A stretch of DNA of 64,000 nt from Candidatus Marinacidobacterales bacterium (lineage in GTDB: Bacteria; Acidobacteriota; Vicinamibacteria; Marinacidobacterales; SMYC01), in contig OZ250169.1 of the NCBI GenBank assembly GCA_965237955.1, positions 4,672,001 to 4,736,000 on the forward strand, written 5' to 3'. The position numbers and the translations under genes were made by a program. Below, piece after piece: positions 17,616 to 29,119 of this stretch (position 1 is its first letter; every line of letters starts with the position of its first letter). The notes below the pieces were generated by a model. The model made no database searches. It saw nothing but the letters and a program-made list of their open reading frames with translations, and was not told where the DNA came from.

Positions 17616-20600
17616 ATGAAACTCGAGCGGGTCGACATCAGTGGGTTCAAGAGCTTCGGTGAGAAGGCGGAGCTGACGTTTCACGAGGGCGTGACTGCCG
17701 TCGTGGGTCCGAACGGGTGCGGTAAGAGCAACATCGCCGACGCCATCGGGTGGGTCCTGGGCGAGCAGAGCGCTAAATCGTTGCGCGGTCAGAAGATGGA
17801 AGATCTCATTTTCAACGGCAGCGAGTCCCGCCCTCCTCTCTCTCTAGCCGAAGTAAATCTTCGGGTATCGAATGTCATCGTCCCGGGGCGCCAGAATAGA
17901 GACAAATCGAATGCCCCCAAAGGCGAAGTCCTGGTCACGCGCCGGCTGAACCGTGCCGGCGATAGCGAGTATTTGCTCGACGGCGTCGTAAGCCGGCTCC
18001 GGGACGTTCAGGATCTCTTCATGGGGACGGGTGTGGGCTCGAAAGCGTACGCGATCATCGAGCAGGGCACAATCGGGCTCATTCTTTCGAGCAAGCCCAC
18101 CGATCGCCGTATGATCATCGAAGAGGCGGCCGGGATCACGAAATACAAGTCCAGGCGCCGTTCGGCCGAGCTCAAGCTGACGGCGGCGCAGCAGAACCTT
18201 TTCCGCGTCAACGACATCGTCTACGAAATCACTCGTCAGATGAACTCGTTGAAACGCCAGGCGGGGAAAGCCCGCCGGTATCGCCGCTTGCGCGACGCCA
18301 GGGATCGGTTGGAGAAAGTGTTCTCGGTGAAGCGCGCCGAGCACCAAGAGCGAACGCTTCGCCACGTGCGCGCTCGACTCGAGGCGGTCTCCGATGAGGA
18401 GTTGCGCCGCTCGACGAGTCTAACCATGGTGGAGGGCCATCTCGAGCGGACTCGACTTCGGCAAGCCGAGCTCGAAGTCGAGCTCACCGATGCGCGTGAG
18501 AGCGTGCACCAACTCGAGCTCACCATCGAGCGCCTCGACCAGACGATCGAGGGCGACCAACAGCAGCTCGTCGAGTTGGACTCGCGTCGCGATCAGCTCG
18601 AAACGGAGATGAACGAGCTCGAAGCGCGGCGGGGGCCCGTGATCGAGCACCTCGAGAGCCGGCAACGAGAAGAAGCGGAGCTTGCCGGTGAGCTCGAAGG
18701 ACGCGAGCAGCAGACACAGAAGCAACAAACACTTTTGAAAGAGGCGAATCTGTCGCTCTCGGAGCTCGAGTCGAGGATCGAAGAGCGTCGCTCCGAAATC
18801 GTACACCGCATCAGCAAGATTGCCGCGCTGAACAACTTCCTCCAGGGTGTGCTCGCGAACGCCGACAAGGTTTCCGCGGAGCTCCTCAAACTCTCCGAAG
18901 AAGTGCGGGAGGCCGATGCGGAGCGTGGTCGAGTCGAAGGCTCGTTCGCGGAGGTGCGGAGCGATCTCGACAGCCTGAAACAAAACGCGGAAACGCTCTT
19001 GGGAGAGCGCACGGAGCTCGACGAGAAAGCCGAGAGCGTCCGTCGGCGGCTCGAAGCGATCGACGAGCGCGTGAGCTCCGACAAAGATGAGCTCGCAGCA
19101 CTCACCGCACGCCTTGCCTCGCTCGAGGAGCTCGTCTCCGCTCGGGCGCATTTTGCCAGCGGCGCCCGGCTCCTTCTGGAGAAGGGCAACGCTCACGGCG
19201 TTCACACGAAGGGGTCGATCGCGGACGCGATCGAAGTCGAAGAGCGTTTCGAGCGCGCGGCGGAAGCGTTTTTTGATACCGCTCTCCAGCGAGTTCGGGT
19301 CGAGAGCGAGGACGACGTCCGCAAGGCTCGCGATCTGCTGCAGGGAGACGAGGAGGCTACCCGTTCGGAGCTTCTCGTCGAATCACTTGCGACGTCGTCC
19401 CGCGTGAAACCATCGGATCTGCCGAAACTACCGTCCCTGCCAACATTGAAAGACACGCTCGAGCGGTTGCGGAGCCTCGGTATCTCGGGACTCATAGGGC
19501 TTCTCAGCGACTACATCCGATGGACCTCGGAACCGCTCACGTCGGCGCTGCCGAACGCCATCGTTGTGGAAAACCTCGAGGTCGCGCTTCGCTGCTACCG
19601 GGACGAACAAGCGTCGTACGTCACTCTCGATGGCGAGGTGGTAAGCCCTCGCGGCGTCGTGGGGCTCGGACCGGGTGGCGCCAGTGAGGGGCTTCTCCAA
19701 ACGAGGCGCGAGATCCGCGAGCTCGAAGGCACGGTGTCTGCCAAGAGAGAGCGCCTCGAAACGTCGACGGGGGAGCGTGGCTCTCTGCAAGAGGAGCTCG
19801 ATAGTTTATGGGCGCGCCTCGAGCAGGTGCGCGACTCCCAACATGCGCTCGACAAGACGCTCGTAGGGCTCGAGCACAGACGTGAACAGCTCGACGAGGA
19901 GTCGGAGCGACTCCGTCGCAAGCACGACGTGTTGGCGAGCGAGCGCGCACGCTCGGAATCGGAGAAGGGCTCGCTCGCGGCCAAACGCACCGAGATGGAA
20001 ACTGCGCTCGAAGTCGAAGAGGGGCAGAAGAACGTCGCGGACACTAGCCTCGAGGCGATGCGAGGAGAGTTGGCGAACCGCCGCACCGGCGTCGAGGAGC
20101 TGCAGGTCAAAGCAGCCGAGGAAGCGTCACGACTCGCGGCGCTCAAGGAACGCCGCGACGCGATTCGCGTCGACGTCGAGCGGTTGAAAGAAGGTGTCGA
20201 AGAGCTGGGCACTCGCCTCGACACCAATGTTTCAGAGCAGCAGGGCCTCACCGATCGCAAAGCGAGCCTCAAGGACGAGATCGCGCGCGCGGAAGACGAG
20301 CTGAAGGCCTCGGTCGCGTCGCGGGCCGCGAAGGAAACGCTCACCCGCGCGCTCGAAGACAGCGTGAACGAGCTTCGGGACCGCGTCGATGTGACCGAAA
20401 ACGCTCTCAAAGCGCGCCGCAAGGAGCTCGAGGATGTCCGCGAGCGACGCTCCGCCGAGGAGGTGGTTCTCGCGAAGGAAGAAAACGACTTTCGACATCT
20501 GAAGGAGGGGTTCGAGACCAGCCACGACATGACGCTCGAAGAAGCAGCGTCGATCCTGAATCCCGTCGAGCTTCTGCGTGACGACGCCGAGACGCGCGAC

Positions 20601-21269
20601 GAGCTCGATGACCTCAAGGAGAAGATCGACGCGATCGGCCCCGTGAATCCCATGGCCGACGAAGAGTACCGCGAGCTCGAGACGCGCCACGAGTTCGTGA
20701 CCAAACAGCGACAGGATCTCCTGGATTCGATCCAGAGCACCGAGACCGCCATCAGCCGTATCGACCGCACCTCCCGGCAGCGGTTCAAGGAAGCGTTCGA
20801 AGCCATCAACCAGGAATTCGCCGTCACGTTCCGTCAGCTCTTCGGCGGCGGAAGCGCGGGACTTCGGCTAATAGACGAACAAGACACTCTCGAAAGCGGT
20901 ATCGACATCATCGCGCAGCCCCCGGGAAAGAAGCTCCAGAACGTTTTGCTTTTGTCCGGCGGCGAGAAGGCGATGACGGCGATTGCGCTCCTGTTCGCTA
21001 TTTTTCGCTACCGGCCCTCTCCGTTTTGCCTCCTCGACGAGGTCGATGCCCCGCTCGACGATGCGAATGTGGGTAGGTTTCTCGCCATGGTCAAAGAGCT
21101 TCGTGATACGACCCAGTTCATCGTCATCACCCACCACCGCAAGACCATGGAAATGGCCGACCACCTCTTCGGGATCACGATGGAAGAGCCGGGTGTCTCG
21201 AAGCTCGTATCGGTGAATTTTGGCGAACCTGAGCCGCTGGCCACCGAGGCGGTAGCGTCGCCTTCTTAG
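17616..21269 (+). CDS. smc: Chromosome segregation protein SMC
   Basis: [14 protein letters not shown], coiled coils and hinge, [16 protein letters not shown]. Confidence 0.97.
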   Translation: MKLERVDISGFKSFGEKAELTFHEGVTAVVGPNGCGKSNIADAIGWVLGEQSAKSLRGQKMEDLIFNGSESRPPLSLAEVNLRVSNVIVPGRQNRDKSNAPKGEVLVTRRLNRAGDSEYLLDGVVSRLRDVQDLFMGTGVGSKAYAIIEQGTIGLILSSKPTDRRMIIEEAAGITKYKSRRRSAELKLTAAQQNLFRVNDIVYEITRQMNSLKRQAGKARRYRRLRDARDRLEKVFSVKRAEHQERTLRHVRARLEAVSDEELRRSTSLTMVEGHLERTRLRQAELEVELTDARESVHQLELTIERLDQTIEGDQQQLVELDSRRDQLETEMNELEARRGPVIEHLESRQREEAELAGELEGREQQTQKQQTLLKEANLSLSELESRIEERRSEIVHRISKIAALNNFLQGVLANADKVSAELLKLSEEVREADAERGRVEGSFAEVRSDLDSLKQNAETLLGERTELDEKAESVRRRLEAIDERVSSDKDELAALTARLASLEELVSARAHFASGARLLLEKGNAHGVHTKGSIADAIEVEERFERAAEAFFDTALQRVRVESEDDVRKARDLLQGDEEATRSELLVESLATSSRVKPSDLPKLPSLPTLKDTLERLRSLGISGLIGLLSDYIRWTSEPLTSALPNAIVVENLEVALRCYRDEQASYVTLDGEVVSPRGVVGLGPGGASEGLLQTRREIRELEGTVSAKRERLETSTGERGSLQEELDSLWARLEQVRDSQHALDKTLVGLEHRREQLDEESERLRRKHDVLASERARSESEKGSLAAKRTEMETALEVEEGQKNVADTSLEAMRGELANRRTGVEELQVKAAEEASRLAALKERRDAIRVDVERLKEGVEELGTRLDTNVSEQQGLTDRKASLKDEIARAEDELKASVASRAAKETLTRALEDSVNELRDRVDVTENALKARRKELEDVRERRSAEEVVLAKEENDFRHLKEGFETSHDMTLEEAASILNPVELLRDDAETRDELDDLKEKIDAIGPVNPMADEEYRELETRHEFVTKQRQDLLDSIQSTETAISRIDRTSRQRFKEAFEAINQEFAVTFRQLFGGGSAGLRLIDEQDTLESGIDIIAQPPGKKLQNVLLLSGGEKAMTAIALLFAIFRYRPSPFCLLDEVDAPLDDANVGRFLAMVKELRDTTQFIVITHHRKTMEMADHLFGITMEEPGVSKLVSVNFGEPEPLATEAVASPS

Positions 21270-21348
21270 CCGCTACCCGCTTTCCGCTTTCCGCCCTCCG
21301 GCGCGCGATTGCGCCGCGTGAAACCCGCGGTCTACACTGCGCATCCAC

Positions 21349-21933
21349 GTGACGATTCAGCTCGAACAGGAAGTGAAGTTTCCTTTGCCCTCGATCGACG
21401 CGGGCGCTTCCAAGCTTGCCGCGCTCGGCGCTCGCGTCGAAACGAAACGCCACTTCAAAGCGAACATACACTACGACTTTCCCGATGGACGGTTGTCGAA
21501 ACGCGACGAAGCACTTCGCCTGAGGCGTGTCGGTGACGACGCCTGGCTCACGTGGAAAGGACCCCAACACGGCGTTTCACGTATCAAACAACGCCGCGAG
21601 CTCGAGTCCCTGCTCGAAGATGGTGACGCGGTGGAAGGGATCCTCGAGGCCCTCGGCGTCGAGGAGTGTTTCCGCTACGAGAAGTACCGTACGTCGTACC
21701 GTCTCCACCGTCTAGAAGATGCGGTGTTGACGTTGGACGAGACACCCATTGGTGCGTTCATGGAAATTGAGGCTGCCCCCGCACGCATCACCGAGCTGGC
21801 CGAAAAGCTCGGGCTCGATATGGCCGATGCCATCAGCGTCAGCTATCCGCGTTTGTACGAGCGTTTCCGGCTCGAAACCCCAGATGCGCCGGAATTCATG
21901 GTGTTCCCGGAGAACGCGTCACCAGCATCATGA
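21349..21933 (+). CDS. CYTH-domain protein (class IV adenylate cyclase/triphosphatase-like)
   Basis: EQEVK, ALRLR, LTWKGP, YEKYR, LDETPIG.FMEIE. Confidence 0.88.
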   Translation: MTIQLEQEVKFPLPSIDAGASKLAALGARVETKRHFKANIHYDFPDGRLSKRDEALRLRRVGDDAWLTWKGPQHGVSRIKQRRELESLLEDGDAVEGILEALGVEECFRYEKYRTSYRLHRLEDAVLTLDETPIGAFMEIEAAPARITELAEKLGLDMADAISVSYPRLYERFRLETPDAPEFMVFPENASPAS

Positions 21934-23003
21934 GCTTTCGGATTAAAAAGGCCATGGTCCTGGCGGCGGGCTTTGGCAAACGGTTGCGACCACTTACCGT
22001 CCACACGGCGAAGCCGGCGTTCCCGCTCATGGGGCGTCCTGTCATCGAGTACATCCTCCGGCGGTTGGCGAGAGCCGGCGTTGGTGAGGTGATCGTCAAC
22101 TTGCACCATCATGTGGAAACGGTGACGCCGTCACTCGAGCGCGCGCCGGCGGAACTTTCCATCCATCGCTCGGTCGAGGCCGAGCTTCTCGGCACTGGCG
22201 GTGGCTTGAAGAAAGTCGAGTGCCATTTCGCGTCGGAAGACGCGTTCCTACTTTTGAACGCCGACACGCTCGTCGATTTCGATCTGGACGCGATGATGCG
22301 TGTGCATCGAGATTCCGGAGCGTTGGCGACGCTGCTTTTGAGGCCCAAGCCGTCGCGCAGCCCCTATTCCACGGTTGATGTGGGAGCGGATGGACGGATC
22401 AACTCCATCGTGACTGGGGGTAGCGACGGGGAGTGGATGTTCGCAGGTGTGTGGGTCCTTTCACCGAAGATACTGGAGCGGCTTTCCGGCGCGCCTTGTG
22501 GACTCGAAAAAGAGCTCTTGCCTGGACTCATAGCAGAAAGAGCCGCGTACGCGTGTCCGCAGGAACCAAACTGGATTACCATCGACACCCCCAGCCGGTA
22601 CTGGGGCGCGTGCCTGACGATGGCCCGCGAGCGACTCTTCGAAGACGATTGGAACGTAGAGCTGGTATCGGATTACGAACCGACCAAGGTGTGGGCCGGC
22701 CCCGGGACTTGCATCGAACCGGGTGTTGACTTTCACGGCGATGTCGTCCTGGGTGCGGGGTGTCGCGTCGCTCGCGGCGCCCACATCGAGCGTGCCGTTT
22801 GCTGGGACGAGGTGGACGTTCCCAAAGGCACGCGACTCGAGAACTGCGTGATTACCGAAGGGGTACGGCTTCGAGCAGGGATGGAGCTCACCGACCGGCT
22901 GGTGATGCAAGTAGCTGGCGACGAGTCGGAGCTCAGAAAACGGGAGATTCGGGACAAGCTCCTGATTGCGAATCTGAGGAGCGGACGGACGCGAGGACTG
23001 TGA
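21930..23003 (+). CDS. NDP-sugar pyrophosphorylase/nucleotidyltransferase (MurU-like) with C-terminal left-handed beta-helix
   Basis: KAMVLAAGFGKRLRPLT..KP, LGTGGGL, LNAD. Confidence 0.85.
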   Translation: MSFRIKKAMVLAAGFGKRLRPLTVHTAKPAFPLMGRPVIEYILRRLARAGVGEVIVNLHHHVETVTPSLERAPAELSIHRSVEAELLGTGGGLKKVECHFASEDAFLLLNADTLVDFDLDAMMRVHRDSGALATLLLRPKPSRSPYSTVDVGADGRINSIVTGGSDGEWMFAGVWVLSPKILERLSGAPCGLEKELLPGLIAERAAYACPQEPNWITIDTPSRYWGACLTMARERLFEDDWNVELVSDYEPTKVWAGPGTCIEPGVDFHGDVVLGAGCRVARGAHIERAVCWDEVDVPKGTRLENCVITEGVRLRAGMELTDRLVMQVAGDESELRKREIRDKLLIANLRSGRTRGL

Positions 23004-24010
23004 GCCTGACCGGAGTCGAGCCACTCGAGCGCATGCGCCGATTTCTGGCCGGCATCTCCGAGTTTGACGTCGCGCGCATCGAGTCTCTCGTCGGTGACGC
23101 GTCGAATCGAGCCTATTTTCGCATCGTGCTCGACGACGACGACACTCGGGTCGTCGCGCTCTTGCCGGAAGCATTCGAGACGGAGTCGCTCCCGTTTCTC
23201 AATGTCGCTCGGCTACTATCGGCGATCCCGGTTCGAGTTCCCGAAGTGATTCACGTAGCCGGCGAACAGGGAGTTCTGGTTCTGGAGGATCTCGGCGACA
23301 ACATATTGCAGGACGTCGTTGACGGAGCCACGATCGGACACAAGACCGAGCTCTACGAGGAGGCGATCGACATCCTGGCGAGGCTACAGCGAAGAGGCGC
23401 CGAGCTTAAAAGCGAGCGCTTCCTTCCGTATCGGGTCGCGTTCGATCCGGAAAAGTTCACGTGGGAGCTCGACTTCTTCCGCGAGCATTTCTTGGAGGGT
23501 TTCCGCGGATGTGTGATCGAGCCCGCCGACCGCGAAGGTCTCGAGACCGCGTTCCAAGCTCTCAGCGCGGAGCTTTGCGCACAGACGTTCGTGCTATGCC
23601 ATCGTGACTACCATTCCAGAAACTTGATGATCGTTTCCGGTGATTCCTCCGCCGCCGAGCTCGCCGTGATCGACTTTCAAGACGCGCGCCAGGGTCCTCG
23701 CGCGTACGATTTGGTGTCGCTTCTGAACGACTCGTACGTTGCGCACACACCGGAGTTAATAGGCGTGATGACGGAGCGGTTCGAGCGTGCGGTCGATGCC
23801 GACGTGTCGGAGGACTACGACGTAGCGGCGCTTCAGCGCAATCTCAAGGCGCTGGGCACGTTCGGCTACCAGATCGGACGCCGTGACAACGCCGTCTACG
23901 AACGCTACCTGGACGGAACGCTTTCGATGGTGCGAGCGAATCTAGAGCGGAACCCTAGGTGGGACTCACTGCGACGTATACTGGCACGTCATTGCGAGGA
24001 GATAGGATGA
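23000..24010 (+). CDS. APH-family phosphotransferase (AmgK-like anomeric MurNAc/GlcNAc kinase)
   Basis: [54 protein letters not shown]. Confidence 0.85.
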   Translation: MSLTGVEPLERMRRFLAGISEFDVARIESLVGDASNRAYFRIVLDDDDTRVVALLPEAFETESLPFLNVARLLSAIPVRVPEVIHVAGEQGVLVLEDLGDNILQDVVDGATIGHKTELYEEAIDILARLQRRGAELKSERFLPYRVAFDPEKFTWELDFFREHFLEGFRGCVIEPADREGLETAFQALSAELCAQTFVLCHRDYHSRNLMIVSGDSSAAELAVIDFQDARQGPRAYDLVSLLNDSYVAHTPELIGVMTERFERAVDADVSEDYDVAALQRNLKALGTFGYQIGRRDNAVYERYLDGTLSMVRANLERNPRWDSLRRILARHCEEIG

Positions 24011-25308
24011 CAGGCGACAAACAGGTCTACATCTCGGAGCTCGCCGAGCACAACCGCGAATCCGTGACCATGCGCGGATGGCTTCACAACCGGCGATCGA
24101 GTGGCAAGCTCCAGTTTCTGATCTTCCGCGACGGCTCGGGGTTCATGCAGGCGGTGGTTTCGAAGGCGGACGTTTCCGAGGACGCGTGGAACGACACCTT
24201 GGCGCTCACTCACGAGAGCTCGATCGAGCTCTCGGGGACCGTCCGCGAAGATGTGCGCGCGCCGGGTGGGTACGAGCTCACCGTGGCCGACGTGAAGGTC
24301 TTTCAAGTCGCGGAAGAATTTCCGATCACCCCCAAAGAGCACGGGGTCAATTTTCTCCTCGACCACCGGCACCTGTGGCTTCGCTCCAAACGGCAGCACG
24401 CAATCCTGCGCATCCGGAACGAAGTCGTCATGGCGGCGCGGCGCTACCTCGACGATCAGGGTTTTCTCTGCAGCGATACGCCCATCTTTACACCGAATGC
24501 GTGCGAAGGCACGACGACACTCTTCGAAACGCAGTATTTCGACGACAAGGCGTTCTTGGCCCAAAGCGGGCAGCTCTACAACGAGGCGATTGCAATGGCC
24601 GTCGGCAAGACTTACTGCTTCGGACCAACGTTCCGCGCCGAGAAATCGAAGACCCGCCGGCATCTCATCGAGTTCTGGATGATCGAGCCCGAAGTCGCGT
24701 ACCACGAGCTTGACGACACCATCGACCTCGCGGAGAACCTCATCTGCACCATCATCGAGACCGTTGTCGAGCGCCGACGTACCGAGCTCGACGTGCTAGA
24801 GCGCGACGTGTCGAAGCTCGCCTCCATCAAGAAGCCGTTTCATCGCATGACCTATGACGATGCCGCGGCGAAACTGAAGGAGAAGGGGACGGAGTTCACG
24901 CCCGGCGACGACTTTGGAGCACAGGACGAGACTGCCCTGACCGACGACCTCGACCGGCCCCTGGTGGTGACGCACTACCCGACGAACATCAAGGCGTTCT
25001 ACATGCAGCCCGATGCGGAGCGGCCCGATCGCGTCCTCTGCGTCGACATCCTCGCCCCCGAGGGCTACGGCGAGATCGTCGGCGGCGGACAACGGATCCA
25101 CGACCACGAGCTGATCGAAAAGCGCCTGAAAGAGCACGAACTGCCGCAGGATCAGTTCCAGTGGTATCTGGATCTTCGCCGCTACGGGAGCGTGCCCCAT
25201 TCGGGGTTCGGGATGGGGATCGAGCGATTCATCTCGTGGATTTGCAAGTTAGAGCATCTCAGGGAAGCGATACCGTTCCCGAGAATGCTGTACCGCTTGA
25301 CGCCGTAG
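24007..25308 (+). CDS. asnS: Asparagine--tRNA ligase
   Basis: OB fold, [47 protein letters not shown]. Confidence 0.96.
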   Translation: MTGDKQVYISELAEHNRESVTMRGWLHNRRSSGKLQFLIFRDGSGFMQAVVSKADVSEDAWNDTLALTHESSIELSGTVREDVRAPGGYELTVADVKVFQVAEEFPITPKEHGVNFLLDHRHLWLRSKRQHAILRIRNEVVMAARRYLDDQGFLCSDTPIFTPNACEGTTTLFETQYFDDKAFLAQSGQLYNEAIAMAVGKTYCFGPTFRAEKSKTRRHLIEFWMIEPEVAYHELDDTIDLAENLICTIIETVVERRRTELDVLERDVSKLASIKKPFHRMTYDDAAAKLKEKGTEFTPGDDFGAQDETALTDDLDRPLVVTHYPTNIKAFYMQPDAERPDRVLCVDILAPEGYGEIVGGGQRIHDHELIEKRLKEHELPQDQFQWYLDLRRYGSVPHSGFGMGIERFISWICKLEHLREAIPFPRMLYRLTP

Positions 25309-25324
25309 CTGCCACTCAAAAACA

Positions 25325-25400
25325 AACGCAAAGACGCAAGGGCGCAAAGAAACCGAGCTCTTTGCGTCTTTGCGTCTTCGCGCCCCTGCGCCTTTGCGTT
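25325..25400. repeat. Octamer-based inverted repeat hairpin between convergent genes
   Basis: (CGCAAAGA/GG)n followed by (CTTTGCGT/CC)n. Confidence 0.85.
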
Positions 25401-25405
25401 TTTTT

Positions 25406-26539
25406 CTAATCGGTCGACTGCCCTTCCAGAAACGGTTCGGGTCGAATGGACTCGGCGCCGTTTTCCGTGCACAACGCAAAGCGCGATCTCTCCGACGAGT
25501 ACATCGAGACACCAGCGTGCTCGCCCTTCTTGTTGAGAATGTAGAAGCTCAGCCCGAAGTTCGGGAGGCCTTTCTCGTTCAGCAGACGTTTTTCCACCGT
25601 CGTCTCCTGGACGCGCCGTAGCGCTTCCATGCCTGCGTCTTTCGGATGCTTTCCGCGGCGCATCTCTTCGACGATCAGAAACGAGCACAGCCCGTAGAGG
25701 TTCGCTTCACCGCGCCCGGTCGAGCCGCAGGCGCCGACTTCGTTGTCCACCCACAGCCCGGCGCCAAGAATCGGGGAATCGCCCACCCGCCCCGGTATCT
25801 TCCACGCTAGACCACTGGTGGTGGTCACGCCACAGATGTCGCTGTTCGCGTTGATGCCGTCGCAGTTGATGGTGCCCCAGAACGATTCCTCGTCGACGAG
25901 GCCCTCTTTCAGCATCTGGCGGGCCGCGGTGAGGCCGGCGTCGGCTCGCTTCTTCGGATCCAGGTAATGTTCCGGATCGATCCGGCGTTTCCACTCGAGC
26001 CACATCTTGCGGGAGCGCTCGGTGTTCAAGTCGTCTTCGATCTCGAAACCCATGTTCCGAGCGAACTCTTGCGCGCCATCGCCGACGAGCAGGTGATGGT
26101 CGGTGTACTCCATGACCGCGTGCGCGACCTTGGACGGGGTGCGTACACCCTCGATGGCGCCCACGCCGCCCGCGCGTTTTTTCGGTCCGTGCATGCAGCA
26201 CGAGTCGAGCTGCACGACTCCATCAGCGTTCGGGCGTCCCCCGTAACCGACCCCGCTATCTTCGGGGTCGAGCTCGACGATGTTGACTCCAGCGATCAAC
26301 GACTCGAGCACGTCCTTTCCCTCGGTCATCATCTCGAACGCGGTCTCGACGCGCGTCTTCGTCCCGCCGTTTTTGACCGTATTGCCGTTTCCGGAAGCGA
26401 TCACCAGCGGCTTGACTTCGCTTGGGACGATCATGGTGGGCATGGTCGGAGACGACCCGAACGCAGCGGCCGGGGTAGCAGCCGCGACACCAGCGGCACT
26501 CCTCAAAACGAAATAACCCCGACTGATTTTCTTCTTCAT
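25406..26539 (-). CDS. N(4)-(beta-N-acetylglucosaminyl)-L-asparaginase / type 2 asparaginase (Ntn hydrolase)
   Basis: VGYGG.PNADGVVQLD, GTINC, TTTSGLAWKIPGRVGDSPILGAG, TGRGE. Confidence 0.9.
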   Translation of the reverse strand: MKKKISRGYFVLRSAAGVAAATPAAAFGSSPTMPTMIVPSEVKPLVIASGNGNTVKNGGTKTRVETAFEMMTEGKDVLESLIAGVNIVELDPEDSGVGYGGRPNADGVVQLDSCCMHGPKKRAGGVGAIEGVRTPSKVAHAVMEYTDHHLLVGDGAQEFARNMGFEIEDDLNTERSRKMWLEWKRRIDPEHYLDPKKRADAGLTAARQMLKEGLVDEESFWGTINCDGINANSDICGVTTTSGLAWKIPGRVGDSPILGAGLWVDNEVGACGSTGRGEANLYGLCSFLIVEEMRRGKHPKDAGMEALRRVQETTVEKRLLNEKGLPNFGLSFYILNKKGEHAGVSMYSSERSRFALCTENGAESIRPEPFLEGQSTD

Positions 26540-27033
26540 TCTGGGTCCTTCCGACAAATGCCCGACAAATTTTTGTCCAGCGCGGATAGTACTTCTTGGA
26601 TCCGGCTCGGGCAACCCTGTAGTCAGCTAGCTGCGTACCCCTCCATTCTTCCCTGTCCCGAGCCGACGACGCCTAGTTCACCTGAACAAAGGCTGCGTTG
26701 AGTAGAAGGCCCTTGGGCGTCTCGAGAGCCTCCATCCCTCTCCGACGCCATCGAAACCGCCCCGCCGTCAAACCGGCACATATGTGCCACCCTACAGGAC
26801 AGGTAGGAATTATCCGGAGGGGCTCGACGCACAGCCTCGCGACCTATTCCAACCACCCCCGTTCGGGCCCATTTCAGCCCTCAAAACCGTTAAGCACCCG
26901 AGGCGAGCTCCTCGAGTACCAGCACGGACTCATCCATGCATCGGACATGCGACAAAACTATCCTGACAAAGGGGGAGACCTTCACAAAGAGCTAATGGCC
27001 GAAAGGCGAATCTTGCGCTACTCTAGCGTCTTC

Positions 27034-28383
27034 ATGAGCAAGAAAGTCGGGTTCGTAAGCTTGGGTTGCCCGAAGAACCTCCTCGACACCGAGGTGATGT
27101 TGGGGCATTTGACGAAGTCCGGCTACGAGCTTACCCAGGCTCCTGAGGACGCGGAAGTTCTGGTCGTCAACACCTGCGGCTTCATCGACGCCGCTAAACA
27201 AGAGAGCATCGACACCATCCTGGAGATGGCCCGTTACAAGAAAGACGGTAACTGCCGCCGGCTCGTGGTCACCGGTTGCCTGGCGCAGCGGTATTCTCAA
27301 AACATCAGCGCCGAGTTCCCCGAAGTCGATGCCGTCATCGGGCTCGATCAGCTGCACACGATTGTGGATGCGTCCGAAGGCAAGGAGCGACGGGTGGAAT
27401 CGCTCCGCGCGGACGGTTCGGCTGCCTACCTTTATGACCACTTAGCACCTCGGGTGTTGACAACACCGACTCACTACGCCTACGTCAAGATTTCCGAAGG
27501 GTGTGACTACCCGTGTACGTTCTGCATCATCCCGAAGATTCGAGGCGCGTACCGAAGCCGCCAGCCGGACTCGATTTTGGCAGAAGCAGAAGCGCTCGCC
27601 GCGCAAGGCGTCAAGGAATTGTGCCTCATCGCCCAGGACACGACCCGCTACGGGGACGAGATCGGGCTCCGGCACGGGCTTTCGGATCTTTTGCGCCAGC
27701 TCGCTCGAGTCGACGGGATCGAGTGGGTGCGTTTTCTCTACGCCTACCCGACGACGGTGGATGACGCCGTGCTCTCCGCGATGGCGGAAGAGCCCGAGCT
27801 TTGCCGTTACGTGGATATCCCGCTTCAGCACGCGAGCAACCGCGTGCTCAAAGCCATGAAACGGCCCGGAACCGGTGACAGCAACAAAGCGTTGATCCAG
27901 AGGATTCGAGACGCGGTTCCGGGAGTCGCGGTGCGCAGCTCCTTCATCACAGGCTTTCCCGGTGAGACCGAGGAAGACTTCGAAGAGCTCCTCGATTTCT
28001 GTCGGGACGTCGAGCTCGACCACCTCGGCGTATTCACGTACTCCAATGAGGAAGGGACCGAGGCGTACGTGCCCATCGAGACCGTCTCGGACGAGGAGAA
28101 GGCGCGTCGCCGGGACAGCCTCATGGAGTGCCAGCGTGAGATCTCTTTGAGGAAGAACCAGCGGCGGATCGGCTCACGGGTGCGCGTGCTCGTCGAGGGG
28201 CTCGCGGATGAGACCGACCTGCTGCTCCAGGGGCGTACCGAGCATCAGGCCCCGGGTATCGATGGGGTGGTTCTCATTAATGATGGTGAGGCCCAGCCCG
28301 GCAGCTTCGCCGATGTCGAGCTCACCGAAGCCCATCCTTACGACTTGATCGGACACGTCGTCCAGCCGGAAATGACGGGTTGA
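27034..28383 (+). CDS. rimO: Ribosomal protein S12 methylthiotransferase
   Basis: VSLGCPKNLLDTE, NTCGFI, CDYPCTFC radical SAM motif, TRAM domain APGIDG. Confidence 0.95.
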   Translation: MSKKVGFVSLGCPKNLLDTEVMLGHLTKSGYELTQAPEDAEVLVVNTCGFIDAAKQESIDTILEMARYKKDGNCRRLVVTGCLAQRYSQNISAEFPEVDAVIGLDQLHTIVDASEGKERRVESLRADGSAAYLYDHLAPRVLTTPTHYAYVKISEGCDYPCTFCIIPKIRGAYRSRQPDSILAEAEALAAQGVKELCLIAQDTTRYGDEIGLRHGLSDLLRQLARVDGIEWVRFLYAYPTTVDDAVLSAMAEEPELCRYVDIPLQHASNRVLKAMKRPGTGDSNKALIQRIRDAVPGVAVRSSFITGFPGETEEDFEELLDFCRDVELDHLGVFTYSNEEGTEAYVPIETVSDEEKARRRDSLMECQREISLRKNQRRIGSRVRVLVEGLADETDLLLQGRTEHQAPGIDGVVLINDGEAQPGSFADVELTEAHPYDLIGHVVQPEMTG

Positions 28384-28432
28384 ATTCAAGATCGCCCTAG
28401 TCTATAGTTGGGGTCTAATTTACGGGACCACG

Positions 28433-28461
28433 GAGTGGGCGCTCGTTTGCCCACTTTTTTT
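28433..28461 (+). promoter_or_regulatory. rimP-leader hairpin / attenuator-like terminator
   Basis: AGTGGGC-gctcgttt-GCCCACT followed by a U-tract upstream of rimP-nusA-infB, as in the widely conserved rimP leader. Confidence 0.75.
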
Positions 28462-28579
28462 ATGGCTTTGAACGCTCGAACGTCCTTTCGCGCGACCCCA
28501 TAGACAGTCGAGGTGTTTTTTCGAGGTGATTGGAACCCTAGCGCCTTCTTTAGACGCTGCAGCTTGAGCACATGGAATC

Positions 28580-29119
28580 ATGACGACCCCTGATAACGTC
28601 GACGTCGACGCGAATCTGCTTCGAGAGCTCGAGGGCTTGGCTCGTTCTGCGGCCTCCGCGGAAGGCGTCGATGTGGCCTGGTGCGAGCTGAAGGGGAAGC
28701 ACGGCTCCCGGGTGTTGCGCGTGTTCATCGAGAGAACCGATGGCGACGTCGGTCTGGCCGAGTGTGAGCGCGTGTCGAAGAAGCTCGGAGTCGTGCTCGA
28801 CGTTGAAGATCCCATCGATTCGGCGTACACCCTCGAAGTCAGCACTCCCGGGCTGGATCGACCTCTGCACGACGAGCGTGACTACCTGCGGTTTACGGGC
28901 AAACTCGCGCAGGTGAAAACGAATCGAGCGGTCGACGGCCGGAAACGGTTCGTCGGGCGGCTCGCCGGGATTTCGGGAGGGTTCTTGTCGCTCGATGGAG
29001 AGGGGGCAACGGCCCGCCTACCTTGGTCGGCGGTCGAAAGTGGACGGCTCGAGGTCGAGCTCGACCCGCCGGGCATCTTCAACCGGTCCAACCGGGCTCG
29101 TTCGAGGAAGCGCGCATGA
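28580..29119 (+). CDS. rimP: Ribosome maturation factor RimP
   Basis: LRVFIE, LDVEDPI..YTLEVSTPGLDRPL; operon context. Confidence 0.95.
   Translation: MTTPDNVDVDANLLRELEGLARSAASAEGVDVAWCELKGKHGSRVLRVFIERTDGDVGLAECERVSKKLGVVLDVEDPIDSAYTLEVSTPGLDRPLHDERDYLRFTGKLAQVKTNRAVDGRKRFVGRLAGISGGFLSLDGEGATARLPWSAVESGRLEVELDPPGIFNRSNRARSRKRA

Noticed and set aside
26620-26770. 6S or other ncRNA in the asparaginase-rimO spacer
   Set aside because: I could not identify a long rod-like fold or diagnostic motifs by eye.
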